A stretch of DNA of 24,000 nucleotides from Methanoculleus frigidifontis (GCF_030464345.1 NZ_VCYH01000012.1:30094-54093), one strand, 5' to 3'; numbered from the stretch's first letter, positions 8,351 through 15,294 are shown. Translations and numbers: made by a program. The notes: generated from the sequence alone by a model not told the origin.

Positions 8351-10231
8351 GTGAACGTAACAGGGATGGTTCTTGCAATGAGGAGCAGGGTTTTTGCAGT
8401 ATGTATGCTGGTCTGCGCCGTCTGCATCGTCGGCGGAGCAGCGGCGGCAGCCCCCGATATCGAGTGGTCGTACAAGTTCGGCGGCAGCGGGACCGACTAC
8501 TGGCCGGATGTCGCGGCGACCGCCGACGGCGGGTCGATCTTCGCAGGGCAGTCAAACTCACAGGATGGGAATATCACCGATCCGATCGGCGGATACGATA
8601 TCGTCCTGCTGAAGCAGGACGCGGACGGCGAGATCGAGTGGCAGAAGAATCTCGGCGGAACACAGAACGAAGCTTCCGGCCGGGTGCGCCAGACTTCCGA
8701 CGGCGGTTTTATTCTTACGGGAACGACAAAGTCGAACGATAACGATGTGAGCGGACTGCACGGCACCTACTATGATATGTGGGTGGCCAAACTCTCCGGG
8801 AGCGGCGGCATCGAGTGGCAGACGTGCCTCGGCGGGAGCCATACCGAGGATGGCATGGATATCCGGCAGACGAGCGACGGCGGGTATATCGTCGCCGGCA
8901 ACACACGCTCGACCGACGGCGACGTGACCGATCGGGTCGGCGGCACCTACGATGCCTGGGTCGTGAAGCTGAACAGCACCGGCGGCATCGAATGGCAGAC
9001 CTGCGTCGGGCGCGATGGAGAGGGCGAGATGGCAAACAGCGTCGTGCAGGCGAGCGACGGGGACTATATCATTGCAGGAAGCTCGAACATCGACAGCCAG
9101 TGGGACGGCCTCGTCGCCAGGCTGAACAGCACCGGCGGCATTGTCTGGGAGAGCTACTTCGGCGGCACCGCCGACGACGGATTCATGGGCGGCCCAGACG
9201 ATGCCGAACTTTCGGGTGTAACTCTGGACGACGACGGAAACGCCATCGTCGTCGGGACGATAACCCTCGAAGAGGAGGGGATATCCGACCACAACGATGT
9301 CTATCTGGTCAAGGTGGACGGTGCGACGGGTGCGGTTGTCCGGGAGATGACCTTCGGCGGGAGCCGGACGGAGTACGGCGTGAGTATCGACCGCACGTCC
9401 GACGGCGGCTATATCGTCGGGGGGACGACAGGTTCCGTCGACGGCGATGTGAGTGGTGTTCACGGCGACTACCCGCCCGCGGGTGATTACTGGATCGTGA
9501 AGCTCGACAGCAGTTTCACCATCGAGTGGCAGAAGTGCGTCGGCGGCACCGGCTCCGACTGCTACCCGAGAGTCGCGCAGACGACCGATGGCGGGTTCGT
9601 CTGCGCCGGCCACACCCGATCGACGGACGGCGACGTGCCGCCGCTCACCTACGGCGGCAACTTTATCTTCTGGATCGTCAAGCTCGCCCCCGAGGGGCTC
9701 CCCGCCCCGCCGGTCTGTGCAAGCCCTGCGGCATCTCCAGACACCATCCCAACCGACACTGACGGCTCGGCCGGGTGGGGCGAGAGCGCCGCCCTCTCGG
9801 TGAACGTCACCGGCGGGAGCACCATCACCTCGGTCGTTGTCGACCTCTCGCCGATCGGCGGGTCGGCATCCGCCGCAATGATTGCGTCGGGCAGCGTCTG
9901 GTCGCTCGCCACCAACGCCTCGACTGCCTCGCCGTTCTCGGGCGGGGCGTACCAGCCGGTCAACCTGACCGTGACCGCCACCGACGCCGCTGCACAGACG
10001 AACACGACCGTCATCGCCCTGACGGTGATCGCCAACGGCGACGTGAACGAGGACGGCAGCGTGACTCTCCCCGACGCCCAGTACCTCGCCCGGTCGGTTC
10101 TCGGCATCCCTGGCTACACGATGCACTCCAACGTCGCCGACGTCTCGGGCGACGGTGCCGCCTCGCTCTACGACGCCGTCTACCTCGCCCGGCACGTCAT
10201 CGGGGTATCCGGCTACGGGACGCTCCACTAA
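8351..10231 (+). CDS. secreted 7-blade beta-propeller repeat protein (SBBP-like repeats) + Ig-like spacer + type-I dockerin
   Basis: The signal peptide is MRSRVFAVCMLVCAVCIVGGAAAAA. There are seven repeats of about 58 aa and two C-terminal Ca-binding dockerin segments. The start is ambiguous: GTG 8351, ATG 8366 or ATG 8378. Confidence 0.85.
   Translation: MNVTGMVLAMRSRVFAVCMLVCAVCIVGGAAAAAPDIEWSYKFGGSGTDYWPDVAATADGGSIFAGQSNSQDGNITDPIGGYDIVLLKQDADGEIEWQKNLGGTQNEASGRVRQTSDGGFILTGTTKSNDNDVSGLHGTYYDMWVAKLSGSGGIEWQTCLGGSHTEDGMDIRQTSDGGYIVAGNTRSTDGDVTDRVGGTYDAWVVKLNSTGGIEWQTCVGRDGEGEMANSVVQASDGDYIIAGSSNIDSQWDGLVARLNSTGGIVWESYFGGTADDGFMGGPDDAELSGVTLDDDGNAIVVGTITLEEEGISDHNDVYLVKVDGATGAVVREMTFGGSRTEYGVSIDRTSDGGYIVGGTTGSVDGDVSGVHGDYPPAGDYWIVKLDSSFTIEWQKCVGGTGSDCYPRVAQTTDGGFVCAGHTRSTDGDVPPLTYGGNFIFWIVKLAPEGLPAPPVCASPAASPDTIPTDTDGSAGWGESAALSVNVTGGSTITSVVVDLSPIGGSASAAMIASGSVWSLATNASTASPFSGGAYQPVNLTVTATDAAAQTNTTVIALTVIANGDVNEDGSVTLPDAQYLARSVLGIPGYTMHSNVADVSGDGAASLYDAVYLARHVIGVSGYGTLH
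8459..9697 (+). repeat. seven tandem ~58-aa (~174-nt) intragenic repeats (propeller blades)
   Basis: The recurring pattern is IEWQ.C.GG....G..I.QTSDGGYI.AG.T.S.DGDV....G..D.W..KL...G. Blades begin at IEWSY, IEWQKN, IEWQTCLG, IEWQTCVG, IVWESY, VVREMT and IEWQKCVG. DNA-level similarity is visible, e.g. ggcggcatcgagtggcagac near 8806 and ggcggcatcgaatggcagac near 8980. Confidence 0.8.
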
Positions 10232-10280
10232 CAGAACCCTTCCATACTTTTATCGCCGCGGCCGCCGGAGTTCACGTATT

Positions 10281-11180
10281 GTGAAGATCGGCTATCCCTG
10301 CATCAACCGGAGCATCGCCTGCCGCGGCAACCGGACGTTCCGGCTGGCTTCGTACTCGGAGGAGCGGCTCTTTGCGACGGTCGCAGAGAACCTCCGCTGC
10401 CTTGCAGCGATGCTCCGCTATAACATTGAACATACCCTGCTCTTCTTCCGGATCACCTCCGACCTCGTCCCGTTCGCCTCCCACCCGGTTTGCGCCGCCG
10501 ACTGGCGGGGGCGGTTTGCGGCCGATCTTGCGGCCGTCGGCGAGTACGTCCGGGAGACCGGGACCCGGATCTCGATGCACCCGGACCAGTTCGTCGTCAT
10601 CAACGCCCGGGATTCCGACATAGTCGAACGGAGCGTCGCCGAGCTTTGCTACCATGCCGACCTGCTGGACGCGATGGGGCTTGATACCACCGCGAAGATC
10701 CAGATCCACGTCGGCGGGGTCTACGGCGAGAAGGAACGGAGCCTGGAGCGGTTCGTCCGGGCGTACACGACCCTGGACGAGACTATCCTGCGGCGGCTGG
10801 TCATCGAGAACGACGACCGGCGCTACACCCTCGCCGACTGCCTCCGGGTCCACGACGAGACCGGCGTGCCGGTGCTCTTCGACCGGTTCCACCACGAGGT
10901 GCACTCCTCCGGCGAGAGCCCGCGCGATGCGGTCATCAGCGCTGCCGGGACCTGGCGGGCTGTCGACGGCGTCCCGATGGTCGACTACAGCTCGCAGCAG
11001 CCGGGCGGGCGGCGGGGAAACCACGCAGAGACGATCGACCCGGACAACTTCCGGGCGTTCCTCGCCGAGTCGGCGCCGGTCGACTGCGACATCATGCTCG
11101 AGATAAAGGATAAAGAGAAGAGCGCTCTCCTGGCCGCAGCCATCGCGGCCACGGATCCCCGGTTCGCCGCCCCTAGGTGA
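10281..11180 (+). CDS. uvdE: UV DNA damage endonuclease (UvdE family)
   Basis: The sequence has KIGYPCINRSI, FFRITSDLVPFASH, ISMHPDQF, IQIHVGG, LVIENDD, FDRFHH and MLEIKDKE, typical UvdE TIM-barrel blocks. GTG 10281 is the only start upstream of the conserved N-terminus that does not overlap the preceding gene. Confidence 0.85.
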   Translation: MKIGYPCINRSIACRGNRTFRLASYSEERLFATVAENLRCLAAMLRYNIEHTLLFFRITSDLVPFASHPVCAADWRGRFAADLAAVGEYVRETGTRISMHPDQFVVINARDSDIVERSVAELCYHADLLDAMGLDTTAKIQIHVGGVYGEKERSLERFVRAYTTLDETILRRLVIENDDRRYTLADCLRVHDETGVPVLFDRFHHEVHSSGESPRDAVISAAGTWRAVDGVPMVDYSSQQPGGRRGNHAETIDPDNFRAFLAESAPVDCDIMLEIKDKEKSALLAAAIAATDPRFAAPR

Positions 11181-11598
11181 CCGTGACCTCCAGGCTCGGC
11201 GGCACCAGCGCCGCGTCGATGGCGTGGCAGATCCCGTTCGTGCAGAAGGCGTCCGCCTCGACGATCGGGACGCTGTTGACCGTCACGCCCCTGTCCGAGG
11301 AGCGCACCGTCAGTTCCGTCCCGAGGAGCGACCTGACCATCGAGACATTTTTGAGGGCGTCCAGCGTCCATGTCCCGGGCACGATGTGGTAGATCAGGAT
11401 GATGGCGACCTTGTCCGGGTCGGCGCCGATCTCCCGCATCCGCTCCTCCGGGACGCGTGCAAAGGCGCTGTCTGTCGGCACGAAGACGGTATAGGGCCCT
11501 TCGTTCCGCAGGCGGTTCTCAAGCTCGGCGTCGCGTGCCAGTTTCAAAAACGTGGAAAACCCTTCCGAGTCCTCCAGTGTTGCAAAGATGTTCTTCAT
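11173..11598 (-). CDS. single-domain fasciclin (FAS1) protein, paralog 1 (141 aa), no signal peptide
   Basis: Starts MKNIFATLEDSEGF. H1 is GPYTVFVPTDSAF, the middle block is YHIV and H2 is CTNGICHAID. An SD-like GGAAGGGGGG lies upstream of the ATG (complement of 11596-11598). The 277-aa track ORF is an artefactual upstream extension. Confidence 0.85.
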   Translation of the reverse strand: MKNIFATLEDSEGFSTFLKLARDAELENRLRNEGPYTVFVPTDSAFARVPEERMREIGADPDKVAIILIYHIVPGTWTLDALKNVSMVRSLLGTELTVRSSDRGVTVNSVPIVEADAFCTNGICHAIDAALVPPSLEVTVT

Positions 11599-11644
11599 CT
11601 CATCTTCCCCCCTTCCGGATAGCTGCCCGGTACCGGCGGGGGCG

Positions 11645-11652
11645 TATATATA
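11645..11652 (-). promoter_or_regulatory. TATA box candidate for FAS1 paralog 1
   Basis: tatatata sits directly after the stop of paralog 2, about 47-54 nt upstream of the ATG at 11598. Confidence 0.5.
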
Positions 11653-11653
11653 C

Positions 11654-12088
11654 CTACGCCAGCACCTCCGCCATCTGCGGCATGAGCACGGACTCGATGA
11701 TATGCACCACGCCGTTGTCGCACTCGATGTCGGCCCGCGCGATCCGTGCGTCGTTGACGACAATATCCTCCCCGATGCGGGATATGTCGAGCTCGGCACC
11801 CTGCATCGTCTTGATCGTCGGGTTGCGCATCGAAGGAACCTCGCTTGCAAAGAGCTCGCCGACCACGACGTGCCACCGCAGCATGTCGGCGAGCCGTTCC
11901 GGAGTCTCTTTGAGGGCCTGCAACGCCTCTGCAGGGAGGCTCCTGACCGCCTCATCGCCTGGGACGAAGACGGTGAACGGCCCGCGGTTCCGGAGCATGT
12001 CTTCAAGCCCGGCGATCCGCACGAGGCTCAGAAATTCGCTTACGTTCTCCTCTGTTTCAAGCGTCTCAAGAATTGATGCCATGTCCAT
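11654..12088 (-). CDS. single-domain fasciclin (FAS1) protein, paralog 2 (144 aa), no signal peptide
   Basis: H1 is GPFTVFVPGDEAV, the middle block is WHVV and H2 is CDNGVVHIIE. GGAGG lies upstream. The second ATG at 12082 (MASILETLE) aligns better with the other paralogs. Confidence 0.85.
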   Translation of the reverse strand: MDMASILETLETEENVSEFLSLVRIAGLEDMLRNRGPFTVFVPGDEAVRSLPAEALQALKETPERLADMLRWHVVVGELFASEVPSMRNPTIKTMQGAELDISRIGEDIVVNDARIARADIECDNGVVHIIESVLMPQMAEVLA

Positions 12089-12126
12089 ACTCCTCCAATA
12101 AACGGCTGCCTTCAGCTGCCGCTCCC

Positions 12127-12138
12127 ATATATACTTTT
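12127..12138 (-). promoter_or_regulatory. TATA box candidate for FAS1 paralog 2
   Basis: The mRNA sense reads aaaagtatatat, about 40-50 nt upstream of the ATG. Confidence 0.5.
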
Positions 12139-12212
12139 GTGACTTACGGCAGAATCAGCCCCGGATGCCCGATCGGTCTGCAGATCGTACCGTTCCCGCA
12201 GCCGTCAGACCC

Positions 12213-12638
12213 TCACCAGCGAGGCGCGACAGCCTCCGTCGTCGCCGGGATCAGCACCCGGTTGATGGCGTGGACGACCCCGTTGGTGCACGCGATATCC
12301 GCCTCAGTCACCTCCGCCCCGCCAACCCGGATACGCCCTCCGGCGGCATCGATCGCGAGATCGTCCTCGTGCAGCGTCTCGATCGTCCCGGAAAGATCGC
12401 CGGAAAGCAGCCTGCCCGAGAGGATATGGTGCTTCAGGACCTCGGCGAGCCGGGGCGGCTCCTGCATCAGGTCATCGAGCTGCTCCTGCGGGAACCTGCC
12501 GAACGCCTCGTCGGTCGGGGCAAAGACGGTCAGCGGCCGCTGGCGTGCGAGGACGCTTCCAAGCCCTGCCCGGTTCACGGCGGCGAGGAAGACGGTGAAC
12601 CTGCCGTCCTCCCGTGCCGTCTCGAGGATGTTCTTCAT
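12213..12638 (-). CDS. single-domain fasciclin (FAS1) protein, paralog 3 (141 aa), no signal peptide
   Basis: Starts MKNILETARED. H1 is RPLTVFAPTDEAF, the middle block is HHIL and H2 is CTNGVVHAIN. It lies only 18 nt downstream of paralog 4 with a G-rich SD, so the two are probably co-transcribed. Confidence 0.85.
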   Translation of the reverse strand: MKNILETAREDGRFTVFLAAVNRAGLGSVLARQRPLTVFAPTDEAFGRFPQEQLDDLMQEPPRLAEVLKHHILSGRLLSGDLSGTIETLHEDDLAIDAAGGRIRVGGAEVTEADIACTNGVVHAINRVLIPATTEAVAPRW

Positions 12639-12656
12639 CGCTGTCTCTCCCCCCCT

Positions 12657-13061
12657 TCACCGGGCGGCCGTCTCCACAGCCGCCGGCCTGATAAGGTAGT
12701 CGACGATATGGATGACGCCGTTCGTGGCGGCGATATCCGCCTGGATGATGCGGGCATCCTCCACGGTGAGCTGGCCGGCGTCCGGCGACCAGGCGACGGC
12801 GATCGCATCGCCGCCGACGGTGCCGATCCGCATCGTTCCCTGCTGCCGGATATCGGCCGTGCTTATCCGTGCCCGGACGACATGGTTCTGCATGGCCGGA
12901 CGGAACCGGCCGGAGACCTTGCCGAATGCCTCGTTCGTCGGGGCGAAGACGGTGAACGGCCCTTCGCCGCTCAGCAGATCCTGCAGCCCGGCAGCCCGGA
13001 CGGCGTCGACGAACCGTGTCAGTTCTGCAGCCTCACGGGCAGTTTCGTAGATGTTCTTCAT
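12657..13061 (-). CDS. single-domain fasciclin (FAS1) protein, paralog 4 (134 aa, shortest), no signal peptide
   Basis: Starts MKNIYETAREAA. H1 is GPFTVFAPTNEAF and H2 is ATNGVIHIVD. The segment between H1 and the YH block is shortened (NHVV). GGAGAAG/GGAAGGAG lies upstream. Confidence 0.8.
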   Translation of the reverse strand: MKNIYETAREAAELTRFVDAVRAAGLQDLLSGEGPFTVFAPTNEAFGKVSGRFRPAMQNHVVRARISTADIRQQGTMRIGTVGGDAIAVAWSPDAGQLTVEDARIIQADIAATNGVIHIVDYLIRPAAVETAAR

Positions 13062-13086
13062 GGACTTCTCCTTCCCAGGGGAGGGC

Positions 13087-13094
13087 GTATATCT
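13087..13094 (-). promoter_or_regulatory. TATA box candidate for FAS1 paralogs 4 and 3
   Basis: The mRNA sense reads agatatac, about 26-33 nt upstream of the ATG at 13061. It is the only A/T-rich element in the 57-nt spacer. Confidence 0.4.
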
Positions 13095-13118
13095 GTTGCG
13101 GTCACCCGGGAACGTGCC

Positions 13119-13559
13119 TCATATCCACTTTGCCGTCCGTGCCTCGGCGGCTCTCGGGATGAGCAGGGCGTCGATGACGTGGATATACCCGTTCGAACAC
13201 TCGATGTCGGGCTGGACGATCGTCGCGGTGTTCACCTGGATCGCCCCGCCGGCCTCGCTGATATCGATGTGGTCGCCGAGCAGCGTCTTGATCGACTCCG
13301 CTACCCGCAGGTCGTTGGAAACGAACTTCCCGGCAATGACATGATAGGAGAGTATATCGGTCATGTTCCGCCGGTTTGCCATGATCTCGTTGAAGACCGC
13401 CTCGGAGACTCCGGTTATCGCCTCATCCATCGGCGCAAAAAGCGTATACGGCCCCTCATGCGCGAGCGTCTGTTCCATCCCCGCTTCCCGGATGACCCCG
13501 AGAAGTTTCGTAAATCTCCCGTCGGCCTCTGCAGTCTCGATGATATTCTTCATCTCCAT
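13119..13559 (-). CDS. single-domain fasciclin (FAS1) protein, paralog 5 (146 aa), no signal peptide
   Basis: Starts MEMKNIIETAEADGRF. H1 is GPYTLFAPMDEAI, the middle block is YHVI and H2 is CSNGYIHVID. An alternative ATG is at 13553. Confidence 0.85.
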   Translation of the reverse strand: MEMKNIIETAEADGRFTKLLGVIREAGMEQTLAHEGPYTLFAPMDEAITGVSEAVFNEIMANRRNMTDILSYHVIAGKFVSNDLRVAESIKTLLGDHIDISEAGGAIQVNTATIVQPDIECSNGYIHVIDALLIPRAAEARTAKWI

Positions 13560-13594
13560 ACCCCCGGACGTGACGCTCTCTCTTCTGTCATCTT

Positions 13595-13603
13595 CTATAT
13601 AAG
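13595..13603 (-). promoter_or_regulatory. TATA box candidate for FAS1 paralog 5
   Basis: The mRNA sense reads cttatatag, about 40 nt upstream of the ATG at 13559. Confidence 0.5.
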
Positions 13604-13630
13604 GGCTTGTGAGACGCCAGGCCGGGCGGC

Positions 13631-14059
13631 CTACCGGGGCAGGATCTGGGCCGCGGACTGTGTGAGCAGCACGGTGTCGATGGCGTGGCAGACGCCGTTT
13701 CCTGCCTCGATATCGGCGGCGACGACGTGCGCATCGTTCACCATCACCCGGTCGGCTGACGCCTCTATCCTGAGATCCGCACCCTGCAACGTGGCGACCG
13801 CCGATCGCTCCATAAGGTCGTTTGCGGTCAGCCGCTCCGGGACGATGTGATAGGTCAGCAGGTCGGCCGCACGCTGCCGGCTGTGGACGATATCGTGCAT
13901 GACCTGCTCCGGGATGCCGCCGAACGCGGCATCGGTCGGGGCAAAGAGGGTGAACGGTCCCGCCCCCTGCAGGATGCTCTCAATCTCCGCCGCCCGGACG
14001 AGTTCGAGCAGGCGTGAAAATCTGCCCTCATCCTGCAGCGTATCGATGATGTTCTGCAT
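13631..14059 (-). CDS. single-domain fasciclin (FAS1) protein, paralog 6 (142 aa), no signal peptide
   Basis: Starts MQNIIDTLQDEGRF. H1 is GPFTLFAPTDAAF, the middle block is YHIV and H2 is AGNGVCHAID. GGAGG lies 7 nt upstream of the ATG. Confidence 0.85.
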   Translation of the reverse strand: MQNIIDTLQDEGRFSRLLELVRAAEIESILQGAGPFTLFAPTDAAFGGIPEQVMHDIVHSRQRAADLLTYHIVPERLTANDLMERSAVATLQGADLRIEASADRVMVNDAHVVAADIEAGNGVCHAIDTVLLTQSAAQILPR

Positions 14060-14072
14060 CGCACACCTCCGG

Positions 14073-14079
14073 AAAAAAA
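14073..14079 (-). terminator. T7 tract between FAS1 paralogs 7 and 6
   Basis: The mRNA sense reads ctcatttttttccggagg within the 42-nt spacer. It could attenuate read-through from paralog 7 into paralog 6. Confidence 0.3.
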
Positions 14080-14101
14080 TGAGATCCAGATGTCCCCGGC
14101 C

Positions 14102-14530
14102 TCACCGCGGTATCGGAATTTCTGCCTTCTTTGGAACCAGTACCGTGTCGATGATGTGGCAGACGCCGTTGGTGCACTCGATGTCCGCCTGCGTGACCCG
14201 GGCATCGTTCACCCGCACCGTCCCCTGCGACGCGTCGATGGAGAGGTCTTCGCCCTCCAGCGTCTGGACCGAGTTCTGCTGCATGATATCCTGCGCCATC
14301 ATCTTCCCGGAGACCACGTGGTACTTCAGGATCGACTGCAGCAGGTCTTTGTCCTTGAGCGCGCTCTGCAGCTGGTCTCTCGAGAGCTTGTTGAAGGCGC
14401 TGTTCGTCGGGGCGAAGACCGTGAACGGCCCCTGTGAACTCAGGGTGTCGGTCAGCCCGGCGGCGTCGATCGCTTTGAGGAGCGTGTTGAACCGCCCATC
14501 ATCCTTTGCCGTCTCAATGATATTCTTCAT
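14102..14530 (-). CDS. single-domain fasciclin (FAS1) protein, paralog 7 (142 aa), no signal peptide
   Basis: Starts MKNIIETAKDDGRF. H1 is GPFTVFAPTNSAF, the middle block is YHVV and H2 is CTNGVCHIID. AGGAGGG lies upstream. Confidence 0.85.
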   Translation of the reverse strand: MKNIIETAKDDGRFNTLLKAIDAAGLTDTLSSQGPFTVFAPTNSAFNKLSRDQLQSALKDKDLLQSILKYHVVSGKMMAQDIMQQNSVQTLEGEDLSIDASQGTVRVNDARVTQADIECTNGVCHIIDTVLVPKKAEIPIPR

Positions 14531-14572
14531 TGCTCATTCCCTCCTGGGGCGGTCCGGTTCCTCTGCCGCTCA

Positions 14573-14587
14573 GATATTTAAAAATTT
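14573..14587 (-). promoter_or_regulatory. TATA box candidate for FAS1 paralog 7 (and possibly 6)
   Basis: The mRNA sense reads aaatttttaaatatc, about 45-55 nt upstream of the ATG at 14530. Confidence 0.5.
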
Positions 14588-14617
14588 GTATACGCCGAGT
14601 AACTGCTCCGTGCTCGC

Positions 14618-14663
14618 CGATACGCCCGATTTGGCAGACGGCTTGTCGGACAGGCGCGTATCG
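14618..14663. other. composite inverted repeat (potential RNA stem-loop) in the 197-nt spacer downstream of FAS1 paralog 8
   Basis: CGATACGC (14618-14625) pairs with GCGTATCG (14656-14663). An inner pair is CCGA (14626-14629) with TCGG (14646-14649). Confidence 0.3.
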
Positions 14664-14727
14664 ATACAGAGAGAAGAGTGTGGGTGTTTCTTCCCACAAC
14701 GCACCCTTCCGGCCGGCAGTCTGTATC

Positions 14728-15174
14728 TCACTGGCCGGTCTTGGCGTAGGCCTCGTAGGCCTGTGAGAGGGTTGCGAATGGCACTTTGTCGATGACGTGG
14801 ATGATCCCGTTGTCGGCCCCGATGTCCTGGTCGATGACCTTTCCGGTCTCGATCTGGTAGCCTTCGTCGGTCTTCATCACCTCGAGGTTCACCCCCTCGA
14901 CGGTCTGGATGATCTTCTTCTCCGCAAGGTCGTCGATCGAGTACTTGTGCTCGCCGATCTGCATAAAGTCGAAGAGGTGCCAGAGCATCTGTTTGTCGTT
15001 TAAGATCATCGACCGGTTCGGCTCCGGGATCTCGTCCCAGGCCGAATCGACCGGCACGATGAGCGTCATCGGTCCCGCGCTCTTGAGCATCTCCTCCTTG
15101 TCGATCGACTGGACGACCTCCAGGAACTTCCCGAACCGCCCGTCATTCTTCAGGGTCTCGAAGATATTTGCCAT
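14728..15174 (-). CDS. single-domain fasciclin (FAS1) protein, paralog 8 (148 aa, most divergent), no signal peptide
   Basis: Starts MANIFETLKNDGRF. H1 is degenerate (GPMTLIVPVDSAW) and H2 is ADNGIIHVID. Its codons are visibly more A/T-rich than the other copies. GGAGG lies upstream. Confidence 0.8.
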   Translation of the reverse strand: MANIFETLKNDGRFGKFLEVVQSIDKEEMLKSAGPMTLIVPVDSAWDEIPEPNRSMILNDKQMLWHLFDFMQIGEHKYSIDDLAEKKIIQTVEGVNLEVMKTDEGYQIETGKVIDQDIGADNGIIHVIDKVPFATLSQAYEAYAKTGQ

Positions 15175-15215
15175 ACCATGTACCTCCGTTTGTTACGGGC
15201 GTTCCTGCGACTCGC

Positions 15216-15226
15216 TAATATATATT
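15216..15226 (-). promoter_or_regulatory. TATA box candidate for FAS1 paralog 8
   Basis: The mRNA sense reads aatatatatta, about 45-50 nt upstream of the ATG at 15174. A second A/T block lies at 15229-15239. Confidence 0.5.
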
Positions 15227-15256
15227 CCTTATTATAATTGTAAAGCCATGGAACTG

Positions 15257-15290
15257 CCCCTCCGGGCGGGGGTTTTGGGGCGAAAAAATG
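15257..15290 (-). terminator. oligo-T terminator candidate after the DUF447 gene
   Basis: The mRNA sense after the TAA stop reads ggttcattttttcgccccaaaacccccgcccggagggg. The T6 run (complement of 15283-15288) starts 6 nt past the stop and is followed by a short CCCC/GGGG hairpin. Confidence 0.45.
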
Positions 15291-15294
15291 AACC

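Noticed and set aside
8558-10228. 556-aa minus-strand ORF
   Set aside because: It is antisense to the propeller/dockerin gene, whose repeat structure and signal peptide clearly define the true frame.
11173-11180. 8-nt convergent overlap of the uvdE and FAS1 paralog 1 stop regions
   Set aside because: The overlap is real but commonplace in compact archaeal genomes, and no functional implication can be drawn.
11599-12006. N-terminal extension making FAS1 paralog 1 a 277-aa protein (a possible hidden signal peptide)
   Set aside because: The extension overlaps paralog 2 in another frame and crosses the TATA/SD-bearing spacer. It is Ser/Arg-rich nonsense with no hydrophobic core. The MKNIF start aligns with the other paralogs.
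12165-13850. 561-aa plus-strand ORF spanning four FAS1 genes
   Set aside because: It runs antisense through four independently supported genes and their spacers, with Arg/Asp/Pro/Gly-rich composition and no domain signature.
11640-14600. Shared ATACGCC motif next to several FAS1 TATA boxes as a possible common regulator site
   Set aside because: It occurs in opposite orientations relative to the genes (paralogs 1 and 4 versus paralog 7) and is absent from the other promoters. It is too short and inconsistent to call.
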